DNA from: Sphyrna mokarran
Taxonomy: Eukaryota
Reading direction: 5' to 3'
Length of the DNA: 64,000 bases
Assembly (NCBI GenBank): GCA_024679065.1
Contig: JAGIQG010000001.1
Coordinates: 112,840,001 to 112,904,000, forward strand
Of this stretch, positions 25,432 to 39,239 are shown piece after piece. The translations under genes and the position numbers were made by a program. The notes under the pieces are model-generated. The model saw only the letters and a program-made list of their open reading frames with translations. It was not told the DNA's origin and did not search any database. Within the stretch, counting starts at the first letter, position 1, and each line of letters starts with the position of its first letter.

Positions 25432-26050
25432 ATGGACAGAATCTTTAGAATGGTGGAGTTTCCTTACCTGCCATCCAAAGAGAGCACATCTGTGCTAACA
25501 CTGGCTGCCCCACAGCCATTTAATATTTCTATTAACATTAGCTGAATGGAAGCCCCATCTCCAGTCAATTGGCAGGGAGAGAGAGAGAGAGAGAGAGGGA
25601 GGGGGGGGTTGGGGGGGAGTGTCCCGTCTCAGAGAGCTTTCAACCAATCTGATTGGTTGGCAGCTCTGCAATCCCAGCAGCACCAGAAGCTGTGGTCCAG
25701 GGGCTCTGTTGATGGAGTGCAAGGGAGTGAAGCTTGTTGAAGGAGCCATCTCCTCCCCACCTCCAATTCCTGTCTGAGGTGTGAACAAAGTTACTTTCCA
25801 ATCATCCCCCCATACTCCCAGTACCTGAACTCATCCCGCCAACCTGAAAATTGAAGCTGAATGGGAAACAGCCCTTAAACAGTCATTAAGGACCAAAATT
25901 GAGACAAGGACGGGTAGGCCAACCTAAGCCTCGTGCAACTGACTAAAAATTGCAGAGAAGCAGGCAGAGGCCTTCTAGGTAGTCCGTCCAAAGAATTTTA
26001 CAGACTCTCCGTGTCTGCAACTTGCTGGACAGGAAATGTAACATCCTGCT
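25432..26050. mobile_element. Degenerate TIR-type non-autonomous element containing (GA)n and G-runs
   Basis: GGACAGAATCTT... left end; AACATCCTGC right end; (GA)n at 25577-25597. Confidence 0.4.
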
Positions 26051-26956
26051 TCAAATGACAGTTTTCATAACTTTACACAGTGACTCATAGTAAAGGTACA
26101 GTTCCTTTTATGAGACATAGACAAAGAGAAATAAGACAGATATCGCTGCGGAGAGGCAAAATGCTTGTAATAATTTGTTCTCCATTCAAAAGGAAGAAAA
26201 CAGAACAGATATGATTTAAGGAATAAGGAGTCACTGAGTGGGTCTTGCAGGAGAAGAATGGATCAGGAAGGCTCAGATGGAATAGAAACATTTTCAAAGT
26301 ACACAAGTTGCAACTTAGTGTGGCAAGGAGAAGTTACCTTAATAGAAAGTCAGAGATAATATTAGACTTGTTCTTGTAATGCTACACATTTGATAGAAGT
26401 GCAGTGAACAGTGAAAGGGATTGTAATTGGTACTGTATTAATGCAAAAATACCTTTAGTTTGTGGTGTTAGTTGACAATTCAGTTATGTTTGATTTGTGT
26501 TGATTTTAGTCAGTAACAGTAAAACCCTTAAAATGTGAAATCTTGTCTTTTGGACCTTATATTTGGGAAGTTGATCTCTTTTTAAAAGGTCTCTATGAGT
26601 ATCAGAACAATAATGCCATGCAGGACATACTGCTGTAGGCTGAATGTCATTGGATTACTTTTTTTCAAGTTTAAATAATACATATGCTTCATTATTGTAC
26701 ATGTATGCCCAAAAGAAATATTTTTTTAACGTGTAGTGCTGTTACAAAAAAATCGGATCAGTCAACATTAAAAATTGCACTAATAAAACTGATGATTCAG
26801 ACTGAGTTACATTAGGTATCTTTGTTTAAAATAGCAATTTCATGGCCTCTGATATTGGATCAAATACTGGCAATAAAATACATGGTTTTGTTTATTTAAT
26901 TTAATCTATTAAGGCAATGATTAAGTTACACTGCAGTAGGATTTCTTTTAATAAAT

Positions 26957-27200
26957 CTGTGTGGAGTTTGCACATTCTCCTTGTGTCTGCATGGGTTTTC
27001 TTCGGGTGCTCTGGTTTCCTCCTACAGTCCAATGATCTGCGGGATTAGGTTGATTGGCCATGCTAAATTGATGTAGATGCATAAGTTAGAGAGGATTAGT
27101 GGGTTAAATATGTATGGATTGGGGGTAGGGCCTGGTTGGGATTGTGGTTGGTGCAGATTTGATGGGTTGAAGGGCTTCTTTCTGTACTGTGTTCTATGTT
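26957..27200 (+). mobile_element. 5'-truncated tRNA-derived SINE
   Basis: V-domain-like core and ctgtactgtgttctatg tail. Confidence 0.8.
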
Positions 27201-28559
27201 TCTGTGTACGTTTCTAAATGAATAAAAGCATTGAAAGACACAAAACATAATTAGATTTAGAAAAGAGCTTGGATCTCTCAATTTTATACATCTCAATTAA
27301 ATCAGCCCTCAGTCTCCTGCATTCCAAAGCAAACAACACCAACTGACTCAATCTTTCTGCACGTTAAAATTCTCCATTTCTGGCAAAAACCTCACAAATC
27401 TTTCCATGCAGTCTCTAGTCAAATCACAAGGTGTCTGTAATGCGGTTACCTATGTTCCTATCTAGATGGTGTTTGTTGGTATATTATTTATACTCATGTT
27501 ATCCCTGATTCAAGCAGTCAGACAAATAATATTCCAGGTGGGATTTTCTGGCCATGTGCATCCTAACATCAGAAATTCTCACCTGAGCTCGATGGACCTT
27601 TCAATGGTCTACCAAATTTTTTGTCTCACCAGCTATGATTCCCATGGGAGGCATGGGAAAATGTTGGAATCAGTTTTATTTTCCATCCCTTTATTTTGAA
27701 TGTCTATTTTCAAACAAACACAAGTCACAATGATAAAAAAAATTTCTGTTTGCCTGTAATTATGATTTTTTCCAGTTGGTGATACAATACTAATTTTGAT
27801 TAAAAGACAATTGTAGTAGCTGGTTTGTGTCACTTGGTGGTACTATGCTGAAACACAAATATTAAATTGTGTAGCTAAAAGGGATGGGACTGAACTGAAC
27901 TGAAGATATCTCTATCAAACTATAGAGTTTGAAAGTCAAACTGAAATTTTATTATTTCAATGCTCTGCAATTTCTTTCCTAAACGTCTTTGTCTCCTTCT
28001 TCTTTCTGGTCAGTGACAAATGTTCTTTGATCATTCCCCTCTTGGGATTTCATAACAGGTGATTTATATTCATACAGATTATTGTTAGAAGCAATTTGGG
28101 CAATGAATTTTAGTTTTTCCAATTCATGTAAGTTTCCATTACCTCCAGAATATCCACCAAATACCCATTTGCAGCCCCACATGAGCAAAATGGGCATTTG
28201 ACATCATTATAACAAATCATAATCATAACTATATCAGTTCACAAGAAACATTATTTTGTATCAACATCCCATACTTCATTTCAAGATACAAATTCAAATT
28301 GTTAAAAATTGGATACAACAACAATTGTATGCAATGCACCATCCAGACTTCTATTGTTGGCACAAATCAAAAGATTATAGTAAATTTCCATTTTTACTAT
28401 TGGGCATAAAGCTTACAAAACTATTGCATACGGTGCTGCATAAGAGTCTGTTTTATAATGTTATGGCACTTAGCACTAGGGAATGTGAAGCATGTTTAGG
28501 AAGTTGATTAATGGACAGAAAACAAAGTAGCATTTAACAGATAAATCTGAACTTGGTTA

Positions 28560-29885
28560 TAGAACATAGAACATTACAGTGCAGAACAGGCCCTTTGGTC
28601 TTCGATGTTGCGTCGACCAATTATGAAAAAAGAGCAATGACCCTCCAAACTAAACCATTCCTTTCTCTTCCATAAACTTATCAACTAACCTCTTAAACGC
28701 CACGAAACTTGGCGCATCTACAACTGCCGCAGGCAGGGCATTTCACTCCCTAACCACCCTCTGGGTAAAGAACCTACCTCTGATATCCGTCCTATAACTA
28801 TCACCCCTTAATTTAAAGCTGTGTCCCCTCGTGCTAGCTTTCTCCATCCTAGGAAAAAGGCTATCACTGTCCACCCTATCTAAACCTCTAATCATCTTAT
28901 ATGTTTCGATAAGGTCCCCTCTTAGCCGCCTCCTTTCTAACGAAAACAACCTCAAATCCCTCAGCCTCTCTTCACAAGACCTGCCCTCCATACCAGGCAA
29001 CATCCTGGTAAACCTCCTCTGTACCCTCTCCAATGCCTCCACATCTTTCTTATAATGTGGGGACCAGAACTGCACACAATACTCCAAGTGCGGCCGCACT
29101 AGAGTTTTGTACAGTTGCAACATGACGTTGCGGCTCCGAAATTCAATCCCCCTACCAATAAAAGCTAAGACTCCATATGCCTTCTTAACAACCTTATCGA
29201 CTTGACTGCCTACTTTCAGGGATCTATGCACAAATACACCAAGATCCCTCTGTTCATCAACACTATTAAGAATCCTACCATTAGCCCTATACTCTACACA
29301 TTTATTATTCCTGCCAAAGTGCATTACCTCACACTTTTCCACATTAAACTCCATTTGCCACCTCTCGGCCCAGCTCTGCAACTTGTCCAAGTCTCTCTGC
29401 AAACTATAACACCCCTCTTCACTATCTACCACTCCACCGACTTTAGTGTCATCTGCAAATTTACTAATCCATCCTTCAATACCCTCATCCAGATCATTTA
29501 TAAAAATTACAAACAGCAGGGGCCCCAAAACAGACCCCTGAGGTACACCACTTGTCACCGAACTCCACGATGAATATCTCCCATCAACCACCACCCTCTG
29601 TCTTCTATCTGCTAGCCAATTCCTAATCCAATTAGCTAAATCACCCTCTATCCCATACATCTGCATTTTCTGCAGAAGCTTCCATGGGCCACCTTATCGA
29701 ACGCCTTACTAAAGTCCATATATACCACATCAACCGCCTTACCCCCATCCACCTCTTTGGTCACTTTTTCAAAAAACTCAATAAGGTTAGTAAGGCACGA
29801 CCTACCCTTCACAAAACCATGCTGATTATCCCCAATCAATTCATTTCTCTCTAAATAACTATAAATCCTATCCCTAATAATTCTC
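28560..29885 (-). mobile_element. Young 5'-truncated CR1 LINE: RT C-terminal half + 3' UTR
   Basis: 307-aa ORF with SGVPQGSVLGP, ISKFADDTK and LVRPHLEYCVQFW; upstream QHGFVKGRSCLTNL..DFSKAFDKV; (TTCTATG)n tail at 28560-28575. Confidence 0.95.
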
Positions 29886-30227
29886 TTCAGGTGCAATATC
29901 AAAAATTGCAGATGGCACTCAATTGCAGTGTGGTTAATTGTGAAAAGGACTACAAGCAACCTCCAAAAGGCATGGAAAGTTAAAAGATTGGGCAAAATTT
30001 AATGCTACATTTTGACAGCTGGAATCGAAAGATTCTAAGCTAAGTAGTAAAAATTATAAAGAAATATAGGAGCAGAAACTTACAGATTCATATAAATGAG
30101 GAAAATGAGGGAACAAGTTTATACAACTGTAAGTAAAAATACATCTGATAAATCCTACGTTTGCATAGATGGGCAAATAGATTACAAGAGCAAAATGTTA
30201 AACCTATATTAATTAGGCTAGTTAGAA

Positions 30228-31390
30228 TATTGGAATTCTCCCATCCCGACCCTGATGCATGTGGTGGCAGATGGGAGCAGAGAATCTAGCAGCAGCCCAA
30301 AAGTCAGAAACTCACTGGTGTAAAATCTCATTGCAAATTTCCCAATTTGGGGGTCTGGGAGAGTCGATTTTCCAGCTGGCTGGTAGTGTGAACGTCATTC
30401 GCATTCATTTCATGAACGTTCATTAAAACAGTTGACCATGGTGTCATGCCAGCATGAAATCTAGAACTCAATTCATGAAGAGTCAACAATCCTGAGGTAA
30501 TCCTTGGTTCAAGATGAGTGCAACAACACTCGTTTCTGTCACAGCACTGCTTCTAACATCTGTGTATCACTCTGCCGGGCAGACTGGTTTCTGCCTTACA
30601 TCTCCACTCTCAGCTAGTCTTTATCAACTCTCTGTGTCACCGTCACAGAACGGTACTGTGTCTGGGAATGGGGAATACAGGAGTCTTCTTCCCCCTGCTG
30701 TTTGTCCATACAGACTGTGTTGCAGTACTCAATAGCCATTGTAAAAAAAGGTGCAAAGTTCGACTGGGGATATAGTGCCTGACGAAGACAAGGGCGGCAA
30801 TGTGGTAGGAGGGCTATGCAAAGGGGAGGGTGAGGGCATACAAAGACAAGCAGAGGGACAGGAGAGATGAATGAAGAAAACAAAGAATGGGAAGTATAGG
30901 GAAGACTGACGAGAGGAAAGCTGGACCCAACAAGACATGAAAAACTTGTAAACAAGAAGGTCAAAAAGATACCACATTATTTATTGGAAAGGATTGGCTG
31001 AAGACTCCAGATGCGTTGGGTAAAGGTTGTACAGGCACTTTGCAGGTGATGGGCTTGGGAGGAAGCTGGTTGGATCCAGGAACTGACTTCTTCTTGAGCT
31101 GCTTGTCCTTTTCCTCTGAGTTGCTAACATCCTGCATGGTATGGTGAAGACAGTGGACTGGACAGGGTGTACCGGACTGCTATTTAAATATGGTGCCAGG
31201 ATTGAAACCACCAGCTGACGACAGGCAGACAAATCAGCTGCTGGCCAAACGGGTGACTCAAGGGGAACTTATCTATGCATAATTAATAAGATTTCAAGCA
31301 CAGAATCCGGAGCAGAATCCTGCTATACTGGCCAGCAGGAAAGGTGCCAATCACTAAACACTTAGCTTCAAAATGGTAGAATTCAGCCCA
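30228..31390. mobile_element. TIR-bounded non-autonomous DNA element (Harbinger-like)
   Basis: TGGAATTCTCCC left end and GGTAGAATTCAGCCC right end are roughly inverted. Confidence 0.5.
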
Positions 31391-32169
31391 ATGTGTCAAG
31401 AGCAAGAATCTTACTTTAGGAATTACATTAAAAACATAAAGAGAAGACAGCCAAGCTTCAAGATGATACTTGTAACAAGGAGATTTTAATTCTGATGAGG
31501 CATAAGAGAAAGGATGCATTTAATTCAGGCGTGAGAAGAATAAAGATATCCAAAATTGTGCAAAGTTTTATGAAATAAATCAGCACCAAACTAAAGAAGT
31601 TCACGTGATGAGTTGTTAAAACTTGGAATTTCCTACGAGAAACACTGGTGGATTCAAGATCCAAATTTACTTTTAGAAAGGAAATGAATAAACATTTGAA
31701 AAAGGAAAAAAGGTTGTAGGGAAAGAACAAAGAAATTAGAGGCGAGACAAGATCAGTGGTGTTTTCCATTAACAGGATCTGCTTCAAGTTCAAAAATGTT
31801 TTATCTACCACACAAATGAGTAATATGTTATATGAATTTTAGTGTCAAATGATGCCAGATATGTAGGCCATACGTCCTGACTGGCAGATCATATCTAATA
31901 GCATGTCCCTATGGCTGCTTGCAATAAGCAGCGTAGTAACCGTACTAAAACAATCTGGGCTTTCAAAACTCATAATGTCTAATATTAAATGTAATTCAAC
32001 AATTGGGCAGCATTTGCTGTATAATCCCAAGCATGCTAAGAATCACACTAATAACCAAGTTAAGATAATGAATTGAGCTTGCAAATATAGCTAACTTACG
32101 CTTCTTGGGAGCTAAATATATTCATATGAAATGATCTGTCCTCTGCACACTAAAGGAATATGTCCAGGT

Positions 32170-32400
32170 GTATTCTTTTTTAAATAAACAAAAGATGGGA
32201 GAGACAGTTTCCTGCTGCATTCACCATGGCAGCATCTCGACCAATCAGATCTCCTTTTCAGCACTCCTTTTTTCATGCAGTATAAATATTTGTTCCCTTT
32301 CAAATTTAGCATTCTTGCATCTATCCTAATGAGTGCCAGACAAAAAAATTTGACAGCATGTCTTTTTTCAAAATAATACTTAAGTTCTGTACTACCAAAT
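32170..32400 (+). mobile_element. Penelope-like terminal-repeat fragment
   Basis: Same family as 1800-2060; decayed CTAATGA-GTGCCAGAC-AAAA hammerhead-like box at 32326. Confidence 0.5.
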
Positions 32401-33012
32401 AACTTACTTTGAAATATGAGCATGAGGACATCCTACCGTTCAAAAACAGAGAGCAGTTGGATTGCTCGGTTGGGGGTCTGCAGAGGGTTGCAGCAGGTCT
32501 GATTTATTGGGTAACTTGTTGATTGGCCTGGAGAAAACATTGCTGTTCCTCCTGATTTATTAGTCATGCTATGAAGACAGCAACATCCTGCAATAAGTCC
32601 TTCTTTCACCTTTTGTGTTTCTTGAACCTATTGTGGTTAATAATAGGTTCGCTATTAAAATGCAGCCACACAGCCTCATTAAAATATTTAAATAACTAAT
32701 TTGCCTCCTGAGAACAGATAGGAGATGGGCAGCTTCAAGGCAAATTGGATTCCTGTTTCCAATCTTTAGCTTTTAACCTTACACTCAAACCAAACCCACT
32801 CCATCCATTTTAGAGATTAAAATTACTCTGTAAGTCCCAATTGTAACAAAATCCTTCCTTTATCTCATCAAGTAAACAACATTGAGTAATTTATTAATGT
32901 TCTATGGGGAAAGATTAAAAATCTAAAGTTCTGTATTATAATTCCACTGAAGAGTTTATGTTTTCTCACTTTTTACTACTCAAGTATATATCTATGGCTA
33001 TTATTTCCTTAC

Positions 33013-33124
33013 CCCGTTTACTTTTAGGAAACTTTTTCCTTAACTTGTTCTTGAGAGGCATCAGTTTTGGTATCATGTCAGGAACAGACACATAGAAATC
33101 TGCTTGAATTTCATCATCCAAGAT
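33013..33124 (-). CDS. MRPL1: MRPL1 coding exon 6 (ILDDEIQADFYVSVPDMIPKL...FPKSKR)
   Basis: Acceptor tttcag|, donor G|GTAAGG; lies within ORF 32966..33208. Confidence 0.95.
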
Positions 33125-34259
33125 CTGAAAGTGAAACAAAGTGTTTATAGGATTTCCATGCTTAATCATGGTTGCATGAATTAAAACAGCCTCATACCCA
33201 TTTCTCAATGCAAATCAATTCAACAATTAATCGTAATTTGTGTTTGTTCTCCAATGTCATATGTAAGGTGACTGACTAGATGGCATGATGAGTTAGAATG
33301 TTTTCCTTTTACTTAGGGGAAACTGGATTTGAGTTTAGCTCTTTTGATGAAAGTCCAATCTCTCTGTTTGGTGTAAGGGTCTTAAGTGAAATAATATGTA
33401 TTATTCTACATGTTAAGTGAAACTGCTGACCATTTGGTTGACAATTTCCCTAAATAGCAAAAGTTAAGATATAGGAAGTGGGAAAATCCACATTAGTGAG
33501 AGATGGAGTGCTTTTTGGAGGCTGAAGTTACTGCAAATTATTCCAGAAAAGATTATACTTTGCAAGTGGATAAGATGTGCCTGACCTCAGAATAATCAAT
33601 GCTAACGGACGATGGACCAAGTTAAGAGATGCGTTCTGCTGCTTGGTGTTGAAATCCCCAAAATAAGTTTAGTAAAAGGAAATACAAAAACTTAATTTAA
33701 AAGCAAAGAATAAAACATTTTCTATGTGTGGAATAATAGCCAATTGAATATTTACTAATATACTTCATGAAATTAATAACTGCTTACTCACACCAACTTA
33801 TTGCTAACTTAATATTTAAAAGCAACAGCACATTATAGACAATTATACTTGGGCAACATCTTAAATATTTAAATTGGATGGACTTTGAATTTAACTCTAA
33901 CAAAGCATACAAAAACTTTTAGCTGAATGAAACAAAATTAGGCATGTAACGGTTTACATCATTGAAGTCAGATGATCTTATATCCACGGATTTAGTTAAA
34001 ATGCATTGATCCAGTTTTCAGTTTCCTTTTGCAAATTAGATTCATTCAAAAGGGAGAAAGCAATCACTTTAAGATGTTACATATTTTCCTTCATTACACT
34101 TTTAGACTTCTTTGGTAAATACAATTATTAATGTGGATATATCCAATTGGAAATAACCCAGATTGCATTCTATCTGTTGAAAAACAGTTAGTTTAAGGTC
34201 CTTGAACAATCATTTTTTTGCATTTATTTTATATCAAAGAATGAAGAACATTAAATCCT

Positions 34260-34685
34260 ACAATTTTTCAGTTCCATTTTGAAACTTTGTTGTGCAAAAT
34301 GGTTGTCTGTCGTAATATATAAAAAAAGCAGACACTCATTGAAAAGTTTCCAAACATTAAACAAAGTAACTGACCTGTAAGCCGAGTTTTAGTGGAATCA
34401 TGAATCCGGTTTCAATGGTGATGTTGACGGCTGAGGGACAAATGCTAAGCAAGAGGCAGGAAAACTGCCTAATTTTCTTTGAATTGCGGCATTAGATTTT
34501 TTAACTTACTTGAACAGGCAGAAAGGGCTTGGTTTAATCATCCATCCAAAAGATGTAATGCTTAATGATGCAACACCATCTGCTAAAATGTGAGCTTAGA
34601 TGGTGTACTCAAATTCCAGAATGGAGCTAGAACCAATAATTTTCTGATTCAGAAGCTAGACTACTACTAAATGAGTAAGCTGACT
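34260..34685 (-). mobile_element. DeuSINE-like SINE
   Basis: Reverse strand tRNA head (cagcttactcatttagtag...tggttctagctcc) and Deu-like block. Confidence 0.55.
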
Positions 34686-34999
34686 GTGATTCAATATTTC
34701 TCCAAAAACATCAGATGTTATGTGATGTTCATGGGTAATTTAGAAATTTCTTAAATCTAACCCTCACATTCACTCATCCCAATGCAAAACTGTTTTGCCA
34801 TTTGGCATTAAGTATCTGATCTTGTCAGATGCTGTGTTTCAAAAATGAATGTATTTGGTTCAAGGGATCTAACACCTGCAATAATTTATACTTCTGGACT
34901 TAAGGAAGCAGCAGCCTTTCAACACGACTGAATATAACAGAAAAGTTGTTGTTGCAAATCTATCTGGCAAATTCACCAGTTAAGAATTATTTTGGAACA

Positions 35000-35315
35000 G
35001 TGGGTGGCACGGTGGCATAGTGGTTAGCACTGCTGTCTCACAGCTCCAGAGACCCAAGTGTGGAGTCTGCATTCTCTCTGTGCCTGCTTTTCTCACAGTG
35101 CTCTGGTTTTCTCCCACACTCCAAAGGTGTGCAGATTAGGTGGATCGGCCATGCTAAATTTCCCCTTAGCGTCCCAAAATATATAGGTTAGATGGATTAG
35201 CGATGGAAAATGTGTGGGAGTTATAAGGGTAGGCTATGCGGGGTGGGTAAGACCTGGGTAAAATATTCTGTCAGAGAGCCAAATGGCGTCTTCTACACTA
35301 CAGGGATTCTATGAT
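35000..35315 (+). mobile_element. tRNA-derived SINE
   Basis: GGCACGGTGGCATAGTGGTTAGCACTGCTG head and cagggattctatg tail. Confidence 0.85.
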
Positions 35316-36780
35316 TTTGAAAAAAGCAAAGAGAAGAGACCTGCAATCCACTAAAATTACCATTTACAACACTGCACACCAGAATGATTAAAACACTGCA
35401 CATTGACAGATGTAATAGACCAAATGATAAGAGAGTCTGCTGCTCTGATTATGGGAACTTCCGTGATGCAAGTAATAATTAAAAATGGATATTTAAGGTG
35501 CACAGCGAAATCTGCAAATTACAGACCCTTCAGGTACTGGTATCAGCTGTTCTTATTTTCAAAATGGTCAGTGAAATATAAGCATGTTCCTGGCAATCTT
35601 GAAGAAGCAGTTGAGATTATGATTAGAATCTAATTAGTTGCATCATTGCCAAGTGTCACTGTCCATCCCACGTATTGGTTCATTTAGCACTTTCGTTTCC
35701 ATAAATTCCCATTTCATTTCAAACGACTCTCATGTGGAGCACAGTGCAACTTAATTAATGAATTGGGTTTCTCAGTTCCATTTAAAGCAGTAGGGCCATA
35801 ACAAAACAAATAAAAAGGAAATGGCTGTGCTGGTATACTGAAGCTTTCAGAGACAAGTTTGAGAATGGATTGGAGGTGATCTGAGAAGGAAAATGCAACA
35901 GGTCAGAGGTATGTGCCAGATTGAAATTGAAAGTTTCTTGTTGAGGATCAAGTTTGCAGAAGGACTGAGTGATAGGTAGGCATCAGAGGTCTGGTCATTA
36001 TTCTACAGAGCAGCACAGACACCCAGGACAGCCTTCCATCTTCCCCTTCTAAACCAAAGGTCGTCAAAGAAACAGATCCACTATCACCAGAAGCTGACAG
36101 AACAAGACAAAACAGAGTCATGGGGAGAAGAGCAGTTAGCCACTACTGAACAAGTTATGGATGTGGTTATGTGGGCAAGAAACAACAATCACTCTCACTG
36201 TTTGCAGGCACTTCCCTTGTTTGAGAAATCTGCTGGTTAGTGCATGTAGGTCAGCACAAGGAGGCAGTGACTTGTGAAAGAAACAGCTTTTGTCAAACAA
36301 AGGTTTCTTTACTATAATGACAAAGACACTGTTCTACCATTGGGATAGGGTTGTGCAAGCATTCAAACCCAGAGACAGAGCAATTTCTCCACCGCAATGG
36401 ACATTGGGCAAAAAGCTCCCCATTACACAGAAGCCATTTGTGTCACAAAATTTGTGGAATCCTTATGTTGACCTGCGTGCAATGACCTCAGAAAAGCAGC
36501 AGATCCAGGAGAATCTAGTGGCCAAAGAAAAGCATCAGTGATCCTGACTCAGTGGAAGTTCCAGATACAGCAGCTTTGGACAGGCCATATCTTTGTTTTA
36601 AGTTGTAAAAAGGTTTAATCCATGACCATTCTGCTCATTTGTCGAATTGCATTTGAAAATAAATTGCAGCATTTAACAAACATATTAACATTTCAACATG
36701 ATAATATCACAGAGAACACTTCTGGTGAAACAGACATTTTCAACTATATGGTTAAAATCATTTTGGTCATAAAAACATAC

Positions 36781-36852
36781 TTTCTCAATGAGCTCAGTTC
36801 CACCCACAATATCTGCTCCATGTTTCTGAGCGATGGCAACTTCTTCTGGACT
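36781..36852 (-). CDS. MRPL1: MRPL1 coding exon 5 (SPEEVAIAQKHGADIVGGTELIEK)
   Basis: Acceptor ttgcag|, donor AAA|GTATGT; GA..VGG..LI ribosomal L1 motif. Confidence 0.95.
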
Positions 36853-37359
36853 CTGCAAGAAGAATAAGACTTTAGAGACCGAGTGCAGCATACTAACAAT
36901 TTGGCAGATACTGCCTTTAAAGTTATTTCGTAAGTGAAATAAATCTTATACTTCACAAGTGGCACAAATCAATAGTAGAATAAACATGACAATTAAAGAT
37001 GTACATATTTCACAGAACGGTTGGGACCAATTGCAGTGTTTTTTTGGCAACCAAAAAATGACAAATTTCTCAAGCTCTGCATAGACATAACAAAATAAAT
37101 CAGAGCTGGTACATTCAAGTTTACTGCTTGGCAGTCCCCCATCCCTCACAAAACATAGCTATTTCTGACTCTGCAGATCAAACCTCCTCTCATATAAAAT
37201 TCCACACTCTCATCATCCCTGTCCCAAGCAGCAGCCTATCAGCCTCCCCATATTTCTACATAATCTACAGGAAACAAAAAAATAATTTGCTTTTTCCTCA
37301 ATAAAAAGATTTTGTTGTAGCTAGTAGGAAAAATAAGCGGATATGTAATTTTTACTCAC

Positions 37360-37443
37360 CTCTGTGAATACCAGCACTTTGTTAACAGTTGTTGTTAAAG
37401 CATAAGGCAGGTGTACAATGCTGACAAATGGATCCACTTTTTT
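37360..37443 (-). CDS. MRPL1: MRPL1 coding exon 4 (KKVDPFVSIVHLPY...NKVLVFTE)
   Basis: Acceptor ccccag|, donor GAG|GTGAGT; 84 nt, phase 0/0. Confidence 0.95.
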
Positions 37444-38452
37444 CTGGGGTACAGGAAAAAGCATAAGTCAGAAACCAATACAATTTACATTTGTATCCAA
37501 GTTATTTAACAAGGGGAGTGGTGAGGTGCTTTCATTTGGCTTCATTAAATTTTACTCTTTAAAGTTTCTAATATCACACACATGATGTAAACAAGTGCTG
37601 AAGAATGCATCTTAACCAAAAAGAATAACTTTAAATAAACAAGACACCTTCCACCAACCCCCCCACCCCCCCGGCCACTCCCCATAGCCCTTTCTTATCT
37701 CTTCTTACAGCTAACTCATGAACAGCTTTGACAGAGCCACAACAACAGTTCGTCTTTGCACTCTCTTAAACAGAGGTCGAAGAGGTCTTCAATGAGAAGG
37801 AACATTAAAGAGAGGATTTTATTTATTTTTAAAGTACATTTCTTAAAAAGTGCAAGGAAACTATTATTCTGACTGAACCAATTTCAATTTTCCAGCATGA
37901 AAAAAATCTCTAGTCAGTAGGTCAATTGACAAAGGAGGCACATAAAACAAACATCAGTTGGGAGGAAGGGGAGAATCTATTTCACTCCATTCTTTTTTTT
38001 AAAAATTTAGCATTTAGCAAAATTTAGCTGCTTGCAATCATCTAAGGAATAGCAGAATCAAAAAAAAAAAGACCTTGCACAAACAGACTTGATTTATTCA
38101 GTCAAACAGGGTTGCAAATTCGAACTGACACGGGAACTGATCTCGAGACAGCTAACCTGAAAGAATGCACCATCGAATATATTAACATCAGGAGCTTTTT
38201 CAGGATATTTGTGCCAAACAGAATGGTCTGGGAAATGGAAGAAACTGATACTCAACTTATTCTGAACACGAGCATTCCAATGACATATACCTAACTGCAG
38301 CAGGCTTAATCTACACTGGCACATAGAAAAACACAAACACTTGGAGAAACTAACTCAATTATTTATCTAAAAGCTAATTTAAAAACAAATAATTTGGATG
38401 ATTCTTTAAAATTCTATAACACTGAGCATCTACTCAAGAACATAAAGCGCAC

Positions 38453-38720
38453 CTTCTTTTCCAGCTTCATGTCAAGCCGCAGATCAATATAAACAGGTTG
38501 CCTGGGGTAAGTAAAGTCTAATTGTTGAAACTTCTTCAACATGTCAATTGCTGTCTCAATATTGTGCACTTTCTTTGGATAATACTGGATGCGGTAGACA
38601 TCATCAACTGGCTCCCAAGCTGTCAGACCATATGGTTTGTGTCTGTTTGAATCTGTCTTTTTCTCAGTTTTAGGCTTCAGGTTTTCCTTCTTTGGGTCTT
38701 TCTGTTCTGTTTTAGAAGGT
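38453..38720 (-). CDS. MRPL1: MRPL1 coding exon 3 (PSKTEQ...EPVDDVY...LDMKLEKK)
   Basis: Acceptor taacag|, donor AAG|GTGCGC; open for 268 nt; EP.DDVY and LKKFQ.LDFT motifs. Confidence 0.95.
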
Positions 38721-39239
38721 CTGTTATTAAAAAAAATGGAAAACTATTCAACAGTTTCAAATAACAAATGCAGAATATTGCACTGTTCTTGTTCTTTTTT
38801 TGTTTAAATTCCAAAAGTTAATGTCATCGTAACTCCTGAATAAACAAATCAAAAATTATTCTGTAAAGGAAACATTACATTAGTTATAGGAAGTTTATGT
38901 TTTTCCAAAACAATGACTTGTCAAATTACGTGACTTATTTTTTGTGTTTATAATGAATCCAAATAGTCTGCTGGAACTGCTTTGAGTTTTCTAATATTAT
39001 TAAAGAACTTCCAGCCCCACTGACTCTTCTCTGACACTAGAGAATTAATTGGCTCTTGCTGCCATGAGACAGAGCTGTGCAGATCACTAGTCTCAGTCCA
39101 GAGATACTACTTTCAAAATCATATATTGTCAAAGTGTCTAATTAGGGACATCACTTCACGTGGCATGAATGTTGCACATGGCTAAGAGATAGATTTCTTC
39201 AAAGCATGACAAGAAATAACCACTCAAAAGCATCAGAAC

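Noticed and set aside
28743-29666. Longest ORF (307 aa) as a host gene or domesticated RT
   Set aside because: It is a 5'-truncated CR1 with a frameshift, a premature stop and a LINE tail.
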